The notes under the pieces: model-generated
What the model saw: only the letters and a program-made list of their open reading frames with translations
Databases searched by the model: none
Told to the model about the DNA's origin: nothing
Shown here: in pieces, positions 19,613 to 29,564 of the stretch
How positions within the stretch are numbered: position 1 is the stretch's first letter
Layout: each line of letters begins with the position of its first letter
Program-made: the position numbers and the translations under genes
NCBI GenBank assembly: GCA_000431235.1
Contig: HF988734.1
Span: 72,647 to 136,646 of the forward strand
Direction: 5' to 3'
Source: Coprobacillus sp. CAG:698
Lineage (GTDB): Bacteria > Bacillota_I > Bacilli_A > ML615J-28 > CAG-698
Length of the DNA stretch: 64,000 bases

Positions 19613-19740
19613 GTCCTATTAATTAGGACATCATATGATATCGTCTACTAAACCCCTAGTTAGTAGACCCTCTCTTTCTTATTTCCTACTATTATCAAAG
19701 CAAAGTGCTCTTAACTCTGTTGAGGGCATTTTGTTTTTTT
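19613..19740 (+). ncRNA. Candidate small RNA, copy 2 (promoter TTTACA-N17-TATAAT at 19578-19606)
   Basis: About 95% identical to copy 1 over the core (one C/T change in the hairpin loop, one A/G change). The terminator stem has a different sequence but the same structure: GCTCTTAAC/GTTGAGGGC followed by TTTTGTTTTTTT. Confidence 0.4.
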
Positions 19741-20058
19741 ACTCGCTTTTTTGGTTCATTTTCATCTCAAAAATATCAAAATTATTATTTTTTGGCTGAT
19801 TTATTTTTAGACATTACCATGACATAAAATAAAATAAATAACAAAATAAGACACTATTTTGATGGTATTTATGAAAAAAACTGAATAAAAAGAATAAAAT
19901 ATGACAAAATAATGGAAAAGTTACCATTGAATTAAAAAAAATGTTTACTTTTTACTAGAAAAGTAGTATAATACTAATGTTACATTAAAAAAGTGTACAT
20001 ACACACATATTATTAAAACAAAAGATGAAAAATAATAGTTTTAAGGAGAATGATTTTT

Positions 20059-23000
20059 ATGAATGGTTCATCTATTTTCAAAAAAGTATTTCCAGTAGTT
20101 CTAGTAATTGCAATGATATGCTTAATTACATTAGTAACAACATGTGCTAAAACTGGAAAAACAAACAAACCTGAGATTTCAAATCCTAATGGTGAGTACA
20201 TTTCAATAAAAGAAACTATTAACGGAAAAGAGTACAAGTACGTTATTTCTCGTAGTGAAATGTATGAAGAATTAAAGAGTGGAATCGGACTTAGCACACT
20301 CATTACTGAAGCTAACAAGAAAGTATTAGCTGAAGAAATGAAATCTGTTTCTGAAGAAGATATCGAAAAGGAAATCAAAAAGGCTACATATGGTGAAGAT
20401 GTAGACCCTGAAGATTTAACTGAAGAAAACAGAAATAAAAAGAAAAAAGAATTTGAAGAGTCAATGTTACAAGGCTATGGCTATGAAAACGAAGACGAAA
20501 TCAAAGATCATTATCGTTTAGTTCTTGCAAAAAAAGCTTATACGAATAAAAAACTTTATGAAGAAGCTAAAGATGCAAAAGATGGTGATGATTTATATAT
20601 CGCTGATACAAAAATTGATGATTATTATAAAGACAATTATAATAAATCATATTATGCAATTATCGTTCCATTTGCTTCAAGTGAAAGCATTAAGAGTGCA
20701 TTATTACAACTTGGTGTTGTAAGAAGTGGTGATAAATGGTATCATGCAGAATTGAAAGAAATCAAAGTTGGTTCTGGAATTTATGAAGTAGATCGTAAAG
20801 AAGAATTAACAGTTAATGAAATAATCGAAACTATTCTTAAACTTAATGAAATGGTTTATGGTTATCAAAAAGATTACGGATATAAAGTTGAAAATGCAAT
20901 ATTTGATTCTGAAAAGAAGACATATAGAGTTCCTGAAGGATGTGACTATGCAGTTGTAAGTTGTGCTGATAAATTAGCAGAACTAAAAGCATTAGCTACT
21001 GAGCTTACTCCTTTAGTGACTCCTGCAGATGGAAGTAAATTAACAGATGAAGAAAAACAAGCTGCTTTAGCTAAAGTTACTGAAATCCAAGCTAAATTAG
21101 ATGAAATTTCTGAAATGTTAGTTTATACAACAGAAGTTAAGAAAATTCAAAACATTATTACTTCACTTACTGATTCTCTAAATTATGAGACTAAAGAAGA
21201 CGATAAAAACGAAACTCCTGAAGACCCAACTATAGTAACACAAACATTAAATAAGTTTATTAGCGAATTTGATGGTGTGGCTTATATCTTTAATACAAAC
21301 AATGAAGAAAGCAAATTCTTCTATTCATATAGTGATTTAAAAGCTTACGATAGCAATTTACCAAGTGAATTCAAAAACAATTATATTGAATACATTCCTT
21401 ATGGTGAAGGTGATAAATCAGCAAGTAAGAACGGCGAAAAATGGTTCTCTGCTTCTTATGTTTCAAGTGGAAATATGTATTACATAATTCTAAAAATCAA
21501 AGAAAAAGATGCTGAACAACTTGCAGATGTTAAGGAAGAAATCAAAAACAAATTGTTAGAAGAAAAATTAACTTCTTCATACATTGAGAAAAAAATGGCT
21601 GAGTTAAGAAACGATAAAGGTTTCAAAGTTTATGATACTGATTTAGAAAAAGAATACATTAATACAATCTCTTCTTACAAAATTAAATATAAACAAAGCA
21701 AGAAAGATGGAAGCAATGTTGTAGGTGAAATTGATGGAACTAAATTCACTTCTGATGATTTATTCAAAGCAATGGATAAGACTTCAGGTGCTGCTTCAGT
21801 AGTAAGTGAATTATCATATCGTAGAATGGTTAACAATACACTATTCAACAAATATTATGATTATACAACTGGTAAATGGATTGGCAAAGAAGGAAAAGAT
21901 AAACGTGATGAAATCACAACATCTATTGAAAATCAAAGATTATACTATTTATCAGGTGCTTATTCATCTTATGGATATGATCCAAGCTCAATGAGTTGGT
22001 CTGAATTCCTTAAGAATGTAAATGGTGCTAAAGATGAAAAAGATTTAGCATTCCTTAACCTTTATAGTCAAGTAATTTCTGATTATATCAAAAAAGCATT
22101 TAACACAATCACTGTAACAGGTGAAGGCAAAGATACTAAATTTGAAGATACATACGCAGAAGCTTTAACTTCTAAAGTATGGAAATTAATCGAAGAAAGA
22201 ATGAAGAAAGCTCAAGAAGAAGAATTTACTGTTAATGGTGTTCATTTATTAGTTTCTGCTTATAAAACTGTTAATGACGCTGTAGCATCAAAGAACTCTT
22301 CATCTTCGTCTTCGTCTTCATCTAAAGTTTCTGCTTTAGATCCAAAAGATTGGACTGAAGAACAAGTTAAACTTGCAAAAGAACTCATTGAAAAAGTAAG
22401 TTTATACTTAGAAAGTGCTGAAGGAACATATGAAAGCAAATTAGAAGCAGTTGTATCTGCATTCGATAGTGCTCCATATGCATATGTTGATCCAACAACA
22501 AACGAATATGTAAAAATCATCAACGATAGTGGTGAAGAATATAAGTATTATTTAGAATGCGCTGAATGTAAAATTGATTTAGCAAAATATAAATCTGCTG
22601 GTTTAACACTAACTTATCAAAACTTAGGATCTTTCACAAACGGAAAGATGGTTAAAGAATTTGAAGAAGCTGCAAGATCTATTTGGAAAAAAGATTATGC
22701 AGATAAAGAATTTAATAGAGTTACAGTATATGGAGAACCAATCAAAACTGAATTTGGATACCATTTATATGTAAATCTAAGTAGTTCAGACTATACAGAA
22801 TATGATAGCATTAAAGTAGATGCTAATGGAAATCCAGTTTATACAAATGATGTTCTTGAAAAATTTAAATCTGTTCTTCCAAGCTTATACGAAGTAAGAT
22901 TAGGTTTATTACTAACTGCTTTAGAAGCAATTGATCAAACTAAATTAAGTAAAGAAGATGCTAAAGTTGTTCAAGAAAAAATTGATGAATTAAAACCATT

Positions 23001-23271
23001 GTATACAACAGAAATTAAGACAGCTGTAGAAAAATATGCAACTCCAATTATTACAAATCTAAATAGTTCATATTATTCATCATTAGTTCAACAAGCTGAA
23101 GTATTATCATTAATGGAAGGCGTTACAATTGATTCACCAAGTGGAATCAATCTTGCAAAGATTAAGAAGTTAATGGATATTAGCAGAGCTTCAATATTTA
23201 AAAGTAATCTAGCAAACTTAGAAGAAGGCGATCAAGACATCGTTAAAGCTTCTGATGTTTATGGAAAGTAA
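20059..23271 (+). CDS. Large lipoprotein with split parvulin-type PPIase domain (PrsA-like foldase family, expanded)
   Basis: RBS AAGGAGA with ATG at 20059. Signal peptide plus lipobox LVTTC. C-terminal parvulin motifs VHLLVS ... GKMVKEFEEAA ... FGYHLY. A poly-Ser run is present. 1070 aa. Confidence 0.6.
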   Translation: MNGSSIFKKVFPVVLVIAMICLITLVTTCAKTGKTNKPEISNPNGEYISIKETINGKEYKYVISRSEMYEELKSGIGLSTLITEANKKVLAEEMKSVSEEDIEKEIKKATYGEDVDPEDLTEENRNKKKKEFEESMLQGYGYENEDEIKDHYRLVLAKKAYTNKKLYEEAKDAKDGDDLYIADTKIDDYYKDNYNKSYYAIIVPFASSESIKSALLQLGVVRSGDKWYHAELKEIKVGSGIYEVDRKEELTVNEIIETILKLNEMVYGYQKDYGYKVENAIFDSEKKTYRVPEGCDYAVVSCADKLAELKALATELTPLVTPADGSKLTDEEKQAALAKVTEIQAKLDEISEMLVYTTEVKKIQNIITSLTDSLNYETKEDDKNETPEDPTIVTQTLNKFISEFDGVAYIFNTNNEESKFFYSYSDLKAYDSNLPSEFKNNYIEYIPYGEGDKSASKNGEKWFSASYVSSGNMYYIILKIKEKDAEQLADVKEEIKNKLLEEKLTSSYIEKKMAELRNDKGFKVYDTDLEKEYINTISSYKIKYKQSKKDGSNVVGEIDGTKFTSDDLFKAMDKTSGAASVVSELSYRRMVNNTLFNKYYDYTTGKWIGKEGKDKRDEITTSIENQRLYYLSGAYSSYGYDPSSMSWSEFLKNVNGAKDEKDLAFLNLYSQVISDYIKKAFNTITVTGEGKDTKFEDTYAEALTSKVWKLIEERMKKAQEEEFTVNGVHLLVSAYKTVNDAVASKNSSSSSSSSSKVSALDPKDWTEEQVKLAKELIEKVSLYLESAEGTYESKLEAVVSAFDSAPYAYVDPTTNEYVKIINDSGEEYKYYLECAECKIDLAKYKSAGLTLTYQNLGSFTNGKMVKEFEEAARSIWKKDYADKEFNRVTVYGEPIKTEFGYHLYVNLSSSDYTEYDSIKVDANGNPVYTNDVLEKFKSVLPSLYEVRLGLLLTALEAIDQTKLSKEDAKVVQEKIDELKPLYTTEIKTAVEKYATPIITNLNSSYYSSLVQQAEVLSLMEGVTIDSPSGINLAKIKKLMDISRASIFKSNLANLEEGDQDIVKASDVYGK

Positions 23272-23284
23272 GGAGGTTAATAAA

Positions 23285-25921
23285 ATGAAAAAAATAATTG
23301 CGATATTATTAACACTCGTATTAACAGTATCTTTAGTAGGTTGTACTAAAAACGATAAAAAGAATCCTCAACTTACAAATGGTGCTCAAGAACTTAGCTC
23401 AATCACTGAAAATGGCGTTAAATATGTAGTTACAAACCAAGAAGCATATAATGCTTTAAAGGCACAATATGGTAGCACTATTCTAATTGATTTAATCGAT
23501 ACAAAATTAATGAGTACTCTTAAAAACAAAGATGGAAAAACATTCTTTGATGCAGTTTTAGATGAAGACATCGTTAAAGAAATCGATAAAGTTATGTATG
23601 GTGAAGATGAATTAACTGATAAAGAAAAAGATGAAAAGAAAAAAGATTTTCTTGAAAATTTATTCATTGGTAGCGGTATTATTACTGAAGATCCTTATGC
23701 AACAGAAGTAAAAGATAAATATCGTTTAGTTCTTGCTGAAAGAGCTTATGCTAAAGAATTATTAGCAAAAGATGTTAAGGAAAACGATGCTAAATACGAA
23801 GAATACGCTAAGTTAACAAAAGAAGAACAAGAACAAAAATTAAAAGATGAACCAAAAACTCCAACTGATTATTATTTTGCTGATTCAAAAATCCAAGCTA
23901 AATATGCAAAAGATGTTTATAGTAAATTTGAAGCAATAATTGTTCCATTTACTTCAAAACGTCAAGCTGAAATAGCATTAACACAAATTAACGTAACTGT
24001 TAAAGATGGTGTTTGGACTGATGGAACAAATGCATTATCAGCTCTTCAAGTTTTTGAAAAATTCATTGAACTTTATAAAGTTGTTTACGGATACAAAGTT
24101 ACTGGTGAGTTAAATAAAGATAGTGAAGAATTCAAATTTAACGAAGGCGATTTAAATAGTAATATTCTAAAAGTCGTTAAAGATAAATTAGAAACATATA
24201 CAGAAGATAGCAAGAATGAAGCACCTAAATGGTACACACCTAACGCAATCGAAATTGGTTCAGGTAATGAAGCTATTTATGTATTAAAATTAAATGAAGA
24301 GTTAGCTACATCTTATGAAGATTTAGACGAAGCTGGCAAAAAAGCTCAAAGAGAAAAATATACTGATGCTTTAATTGATGAAACAGTTACATCTAATTAT
24401 GTACTTGTAAAAATGGGTTTATTAAGAAAAGAACAAAATATAGTTATCTATGATAGCGTTGTTGAAAACTTATATAGTAATGCAATGTCTAAGTTATCTG
24501 TAACATATGATAAAACAAAATTAGAAAGTGCTGAGTATGTTGCTGAAACAACTGATATTAAAGTAACACCAAAAGATTTATATGATGCTATGCTTAAATA
24601 TCAAGGTGCTGCTATTGTTATGGATAAACTTGTTGAAAAGAGAGCTTTATATAATAAGAACTTCAATAAGTATTATGATATGAGCACTAACAAATGGTTA
24701 AATAATAATAAGAAAACTGAAATAACTGATTTAATTGAAGCTGAAAAGAAAAACTTCAAAAATGGAAACTATAAAGATTATGGATATGATCCTAGTCAAA
24801 TGAGTTGGACATTATTTATTAAATCATTATATACAGTTGAAAACGAAGATGAATTAGTTCTTTCATTCTTAGCTGAATCTATTACAAAAGAATATGCTAA
24901 GAATATCAATAGATTTGCTGAACTAAACGATAAAGGCGAATTCGTACTTTCTAACGATGCTGCACTAACTGATAACTATTGGCGTTTAATAAGCAATCAA
25001 ATGGAAGCTGAAGCAAAGAAAAAATTCAGCGTTGAAGGAATTCATTTATTAGTATCACACTATGATACAGTTGAAGATTATATCAGCGGAAGCAATATTG
25101 TTGATCCAGAAAAGTGGACAGAAGAACAAAGAGTAGCTGCTGAAAAATTAGTTAACGAAGTTATTGCTTTCGTTAAAGATTCAAAGGGCTCATATGCTTC
25201 TCGTTTAGAAAGAATTGCAGAAGCTTTCAAATATGCTCCTGTTAAAAATGCTGATGCAACATATGCTAATAACAAAGTTGCAAGAACAATCGTTAGTGAT
25301 GGCGGTGCTGTTACAATTAACTTAAGTGAATATAAAGAAAAAGGTTTATATGTAAAATATGAATCATTAGGTGTTTTCGCTCAAGGTAAGATGGTTGAAT
25401 CTTTCAATGATGCTGTTAAGAAAATTTGGGATGCAGATGCAGATAAAGACGTATTCAATGACAAAGATCTTAATGATGTAGATAAAGTAACAGTTTTAGA
25501 AACTCCAATTAAGACTTCATTTGGATATCATGCATATATTAATATTGAAAGTAAAGAATTAAGTTCTTATATCAAAGTTATCACAGATTCTGTAGATGGT
25601 AAAACATTCCATAAATATCAATACGTACCAACTATGGATGAAGTTCGTAAGTATGTTAAGAATACAAATACTACTGAAATAACTGAAAAAGTTAAAAATG
25701 CTATTAAGACATATTATACTCCAATAGCAGATGAATTAAGTGGTGATGCATTCTCATACATTATGATGGTTAATGCTTTAGAACAAGTTATAAGTTCTTA
25801 TTCATCAACTGATAACGGAGTATCTCAAGATGCTTTAAAGAAATATATTGAATGTTATAAAGATTATACATTTAGTGATTTATTAAGTAATGTTACAGTT
25901 GATTATTTATATGTAAAATAA
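23285..25921 (+). CDS. Large lipoprotein, paralog of the upstream gene (PrsA-like split parvulin domain)
   Basis: RBS AAGGAGG. Lipobox LVGC. Many blocks are collinear with the upstream protein (DKYRLVLAE..., GYDPSQMSW, IHLLVSHYD, GKMVESFNDA, FGYHAYIN). 878 aa. Confidence 0.6.
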   Translation: MKKIIAILLTLVLTVSLVGCTKNDKKNPQLTNGAQELSSITENGVKYVVTNQEAYNALKAQYGSTILIDLIDTKLMSTLKNKDGKTFFDAVLDEDIVKEIDKVMYGEDELTDKEKDEKKKDFLENLFIGSGIITEDPYATEVKDKYRLVLAERAYAKELLAKDVKENDAKYEEYAKLTKEEQEQKLKDEPKTPTDYYFADSKIQAKYAKDVYSKFEAIIVPFTSKRQAEIALTQINVTVKDGVWTDGTNALSALQVFEKFIELYKVVYGYKVTGELNKDSEEFKFNEGDLNSNILKVVKDKLETYTEDSKNEAPKWYTPNAIEIGSGNEAIYVLKLNEELATSYEDLDEAGKKAQREKYTDALIDETVTSNYVLVKMGLLRKEQNIVIYDSVVENLYSNAMSKLSVTYDKTKLESAEYVAETTDIKVTPKDLYDAMLKYQGAAIVMDKLVEKRALYNKNFNKYYDMSTNKWLNNNKKTEITDLIEAEKKNFKNGNYKDYGYDPSQMSWTLFIKSLYTVENEDELVLSFLAESITKEYAKNINRFAELNDKGEFVLSNDAALTDNYWRLISNQMEAEAKKKFSVEGIHLLVSHYDTVEDYISGSNIVDPEKWTEEQRVAAEKLVNEVIAFVKDSKGSYASRLERIAEAFKYAPVKNADATYANNKVARTIVSDGGAVTINLSEYKEKGLYVKYESLGVFAQGKMVESFNDAVKKIWDADADKDVFNDKDLNDVDKVTVLETPIKTSFGYHAYINIESKELSSYIKVITDSVDGKTFHKYQYVPTMDEVRKYVKNTNTTEITEKVKNAIKTYYTPIADELSGDAFSYIMMVNALEQVISSYSSTDNGVSQDALKKYIECYKDYTFSDLLSNVTVDYLYVK

Positions 25922-25930
25922 AAGTAAATA

Positions 25931-25968
25931 GTTGTTACATAGCTTTATAGTTATGTGACAACTTTTTT
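25931..25968 (+). terminator. Intrinsic terminator after the lipoprotein pair
   Basis: GTTGTTACATA-(10 nt)-TATGTGACAAC followed by TTTTTT. Confidence 0.5.
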
Positions 25969-26182
25969 CATTAAATCATTTGCATCTGATTGTAATAATG
26001 AATTAATTGAATTTGTACCTGATGACCCTGAAAGAGAAGGATACACTTTTAAAGGATGGTACAAAGAAGCAGAGTGCACAAGCAAATGGGATTTTGAAAT
26101 TGACATTGTTCCTAAAAAAGATAATGCAGAAGAATTTATAGAAACTAAATTATATGCTAAGTGGGATAAAGTGAAAGATTAG
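25955..26182 (+). pseudogene. Orphan fragment encoding a Listeria-Bacteroides (InlB B-repeat-like) repeat; likely a gene remnant
   Basis: Motif GYTFKGWY...W.F...LYAKW. It has only a GTG start, which lies inside the preceding terminator hairpin, and no RBS or promoter. Confidence 0.3.
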
Positions 26183-26346
26183 AAATGTGAAAATTACAAA
26201 GTAATATATAAATATAGATAATATAAACAACATCCTTGTATATAAGTCAATTAGTACTCAGATAATTTGGATATTCATTGACTTTTTTTATGTTGATAAA
26301 AGGATATATTTGTTGTATAATATTTATATTAGGAGAAAAAAAGTTT

Positions 26347-27114
26347 ATGAAAGTATGTGTTTTATCTAGCGGTTCAAAAGGTAATATGACTTATGTAGAA
26401 GGTGGGAATACTCGTTTATTGATTGATGCGGGGATTACCTTGACTAATGCATGTAGAAGGAATCCTAATTTACCATTAGACAAAGTTACAGATATTATTG
26501 TTACTCATGAACATGGGGATCATGTAGGATACTTAGATACTATATCAAAGAAAACAAAGGCTAATATTTATATTTCTAAAAAAAGCTTTTTAGGTTTAAA
26601 ACCAGCATTTAGAGATAAGTTCGTTGGAAAAAAGATATGTTTCATAGAACCAGAAGCAAAGTATAAAATAGGTGATTTGGATGTTTATACATTTAAACTA
26701 AATCATGATTGCATGGAAGTGTTAGGATATGTAATTTCATATGAAGGAAAAAGCGTAGGGTACTTTACTGATACTGGAATTATGCCTGACAAATATTTGC
26801 CATATTTAAGTGGTTTAGATGTTCTTATCATTGAAGCTAACCATAATGTTGAAAAGTTACTTAATAGTAATCGTGACTATAGTTTGATTAATCGTATATT
26901 AAGTACTGAAGGACATATTTCTAATCAAAAATGTTATGAAATATTAAAATCTGTTTTAAACGAAAAGAATAAATATGTTATTTTAGCTCATATAAGTGAA
27001 GATTGTAACTCTGAACAATGCTTATATGAAGAAATTATAAACAAATTATACAATTTTAAAGGTACTATTCTTATTGCAAGCCAATATGAAGCTAGTGAGG
27101 TAATAGAACTATGA
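26347..27114 (+). CDS. MBL-fold metallo-hydrolase (YycJ/WalJ-like)
   Basis: Motif HEHGDH. Promoter TTGATA-N17-TATAAT upstream. ATG at 26347 follows GGAGAAAAAAAG. Confidence 0.7.
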   Translation: MKVCVLSSGSKGNMTYVEGGNTRLLIDAGITLTNACRRNPNLPLDKVTDIIVTHEHGDHVGYLDTISKKTKANIYISKKSFLGLKPAFRDKFVGKKICFIEPEAKYKIGDLDVYTFKLNHDCMEVLGYVISYEGKSVGYFTDTGIMPDKYLPYLSGLDVLIIEANHNVEKLLNSNRDYSLINRILSTEGHISNQKCYEILKSVLNEKNKYVILAHISEDCNSEQCLYEEIINKLYNFKGTILIASQYEASEVIEL

Positions 27115-27575
27115 TTTCTTTAGATCTTGTTTGTGTTGGTAAAATTAAAGAAAAGTATTTAGATGATGCAATAATCGAATATTTGAAAAGAATTAAGCCT
27201 TATTGCAATTTCAAAATAACAGAAATCAAAGAGATAAATACACCTGATATGAATAAAAATTTGCTTGAAGAAGGAAAAAATATTCTTCAGTGTATAAGTG
27301 ATAATGATTATGTAATAACTTTAGAAATAGATGGCAAGATGCTAGATAGTGTAGCTTATTCAAAACTAATAGAAAATCATTACACATATGATAATCGTAA
27401 GATTATTTTTGTTATCGGAAGTAGTGACGGATTATCAAAGGATGTTAAAGAAAGAAGTAATTATAAGCTAAGCTTTTCAAAGATGACTTTCCCTCACCAG
27501 TTAATGAGAGTTATCTTTTTAGAACAAACATATCGAGCTTTTGCGATAATGAATAATATAAAGTATCATAAATAG
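27111..27575 (+). CDS. rlmH: 23S rRNA (pseudouridine1915-N3)-methyltransferase RlmH (SPOUT)
   Basis: 154-aa protein of the YbeA/RlmH family ([14 protein letters not shown]...). Overlaps the upstream gene by 4 nt. Confidence 0.85.
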   Translation: MISLDLVCVGKIKEKYLDDAIIEYLKRIKPYCNFKITEIKEINTPDMNKNLLEEGKNILQCISDNDYVITLEIDGKMLDSVAYSKLIENHYTYDNRKIIFVIGSSDGLSKDVKERSNYKLSFSKMTFPHQLMRVIFLEQTYRAFAIMNNIKYHK

Positions 27576-27586
27576 GTGGTGAAAAT

Positions 27587-29557
27587 ATGCCTTTTGAATT
27601 AGTTAGTAAATATAGTGGTGCTGGAGATCAAGTACAAGCAATCGAAAAGTTAACCGAAGGAATTAATGATGGATTGCATGCAATGACACTTTTGGGTGCT
27701 ACAGGAACAGGTAAGACGTTTACTATTGCTAATGTAATAAAAAACACAGGTAAGAAAACAATTGTACTAGCTCATAATAAGACATTAGCTGGGCAACTAT
27801 ATAGTGAACTAAAAGCTTTTTTTCCAAATAACCATGTTGAATATTTTATTTCTTATTATGATTACTATCAACCAGAAGCTTACGTTGCCAGCAAGGATTT
27901 ATATATTGAAAAAGATTCAAGTATCAATGATGATATTGACCAAATGCGTCATAGTGCTGTAAGTAGTTTACTCACGTATGATGATGTCATTGTTGTTGCG
28001 AGCGTTTCTTGCATCTATGATATAGGTGACCCTAATGACTATCGTGAGAATATGTTAGTTTTAAAAGAAGGAATGAGTTATCCTTTAAAGGAACTCTTTG
28101 AAAAACTAATATCGATGCAATATGTTCGTAATGATTATGATATTTCTAGAGGAACATTTAGAGTTCGTGGTGATACAGTTGATATCTTTCCAACATATGA
28201 AAAAAATCAAGGAATTCGTTTAGAGTTCTTTGATGATGAACTTGAGAAAATTAAAATTATTGAAAGTGTTTCTGGAAAGGTGCTTTCCTCAAAAAAAGTT
28301 ATTACTATAAATCCAGCAACATTATTTTCTGTTAATAATGATAAATTAAAAGAAGCAATTAGAAGAATAAAAGAAGAAATGGAAGAGCAAGTAAAATTCT
28401 TCGAAGATAGAAAACTTTTACTTGAGGCTGAACGAATTAGAAAACGTACAATGTATGATATAGAAATGCTTGAAGAGATAGGATATTGTACGGGAATAGA
28501 AAATTACTCAAGACATTTAAGTTTACGTGCTGAGGGAGAAAAACCTTATACGTTACTAGATTTCTTTGGTGATGATTATTTAATGGTAATTGATGAGTCT
28601 CATGTAACATTGCCTCAGGTTAGAGCTATGTATAATGGTGACAGATCACGAATAATGAGTCTTGTTGAGAATGGTTTCAGATTACCTTCTGCCCTTGATA
28701 ATCGTCCTCTAACGTTTGATGAGTTTGAACAGCTAATTAGACAGGTAATCTTTGTAAGTGCAACACCGGGCGAATATGAGCGTGAAAATGGGGAAATTGT
28801 CGAACAAATCATTAGACCAACAGGGCTATTAGATCCTCTTATTGAAATAAGACCAATAAACGGACAAATTGATGATTTAATAAGAGAAATTCGCACTCGA
28901 AAGGCAAAAAATGAAAGAACTCTTATTCTAACACTTACGATTCAAATGAGTGAAGACTTAACAAATTATTTGAAAGATTTAAACATTAAAGTGGCTTATT
29001 TGCATTCTGAAGTAAAATCATTAGAAAGATTAGAAGTAATTAGAAAACTAAGGCAAGGAGTATACGATTGCTTAGTTGGCATTAATCTTTTAAGAGAAGG
29101 ATTAGACATTCCGGAAGTTTCATTAATAGCAATTTTAGATGCTGATAAAGAAGGATTCTTAAGAAGCACAACTTCCTTAATTCAAATTATAGGTAGAGCT
29201 GCTAGAAATGCAAATGGTAAAGTTATTATGTATGCTGATAAAATTACCGATTCAATGCAATATGCTATTACAGAAACTAATCGAAGAAGAGAAATTCAAG
29301 ATGAATACAATAAAAAACATAATATCATCCCGAAGACAATATATAAAGACATATCTGATTCAATTGTTATAACGCAAACAGAAGCGATAGATAAAGTAGA
29401 TGTTGATTTAAATGATATGTCTAATATGAGCGCTTTAGAAAAAAAGAATTTAATAACAAAATTAGAAAAACAAATGAAAGATGCTGCTAAGGAATTAAAT
29501 TTTGAGGAAGCTATGGCATTAAGAGATTTAATTCTAGAAATAAAGAGCACATTATAG
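27587..29557 (+). CDS. uvrB: Excinuclease ABC subunit B
   Basis: Walker [10 protein letters not shown], helicase motifs and the C-terminal UVR domain ([10 protein letters not shown]). Confidence 0.95.
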   Translation: MPFELVSKYSGAGDQVQAIEKLTEGINDGLHAMTLLGATGTGKTFTIANVIKNTGKKTIVLAHNKTLAGQLYSELKAFFPNNHVEYFISYYDYYQPEAYVASKDLYIEKDSSINDDIDQMRHSAVSSLLTYDDVIVVASVSCIYDIGDPNDYRENMLVLKEGMSYPLKELFEKLISMQYVRNDYDISRGTFRVRGDTVDIFPTYEKNQGIRLEFFDDELEKIKIIESVSGKVLSSKKVITINPATLFSVNNDKLKEAIRRIKEEMEEQVKFFEDRKLLLEAERIRKRTMYDIEMLEEIGYCTGIENYSRHLSLRAEGEKPYTLLDFFGDDYLMVIDESHVTLPQVRAMYNGDRSRIMSLVENGFRLPSALDNRPLTFDEFEQLIRQVIFVSATPGEYERENGEIVEQIIRPTGLLDPLIEIRPINGQIDDLIREIRTRKAKNERTLILTLTIQMSEDLTNYLKDLNIKVAYLHSEVKSLERLEVIRKLRQGVYDCLVGINLLREGLDIPEVSLIAILDADKEGFLRSTTSLIQIIGRAARNANGKVIMYADKITDSMQYAITETNRRREIQDEYNKKHNIIPKTIYKDISDSIVITQTEAIDKVDVDLNDMSNMSALEKKNLITKLEKQMKDAAKELNFEEAMALRDLILEIKSTL

Positions 29558-29564
29558 GTGTAAT

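Noticed and set aside
20013-20722. ORFs 20013-20378(-) and 20525-20722(+) overlapping lipoprotein gene
   Set aside because: Antisense or alternate frame inside a long coding gene with clear signal peptide and domain structure.
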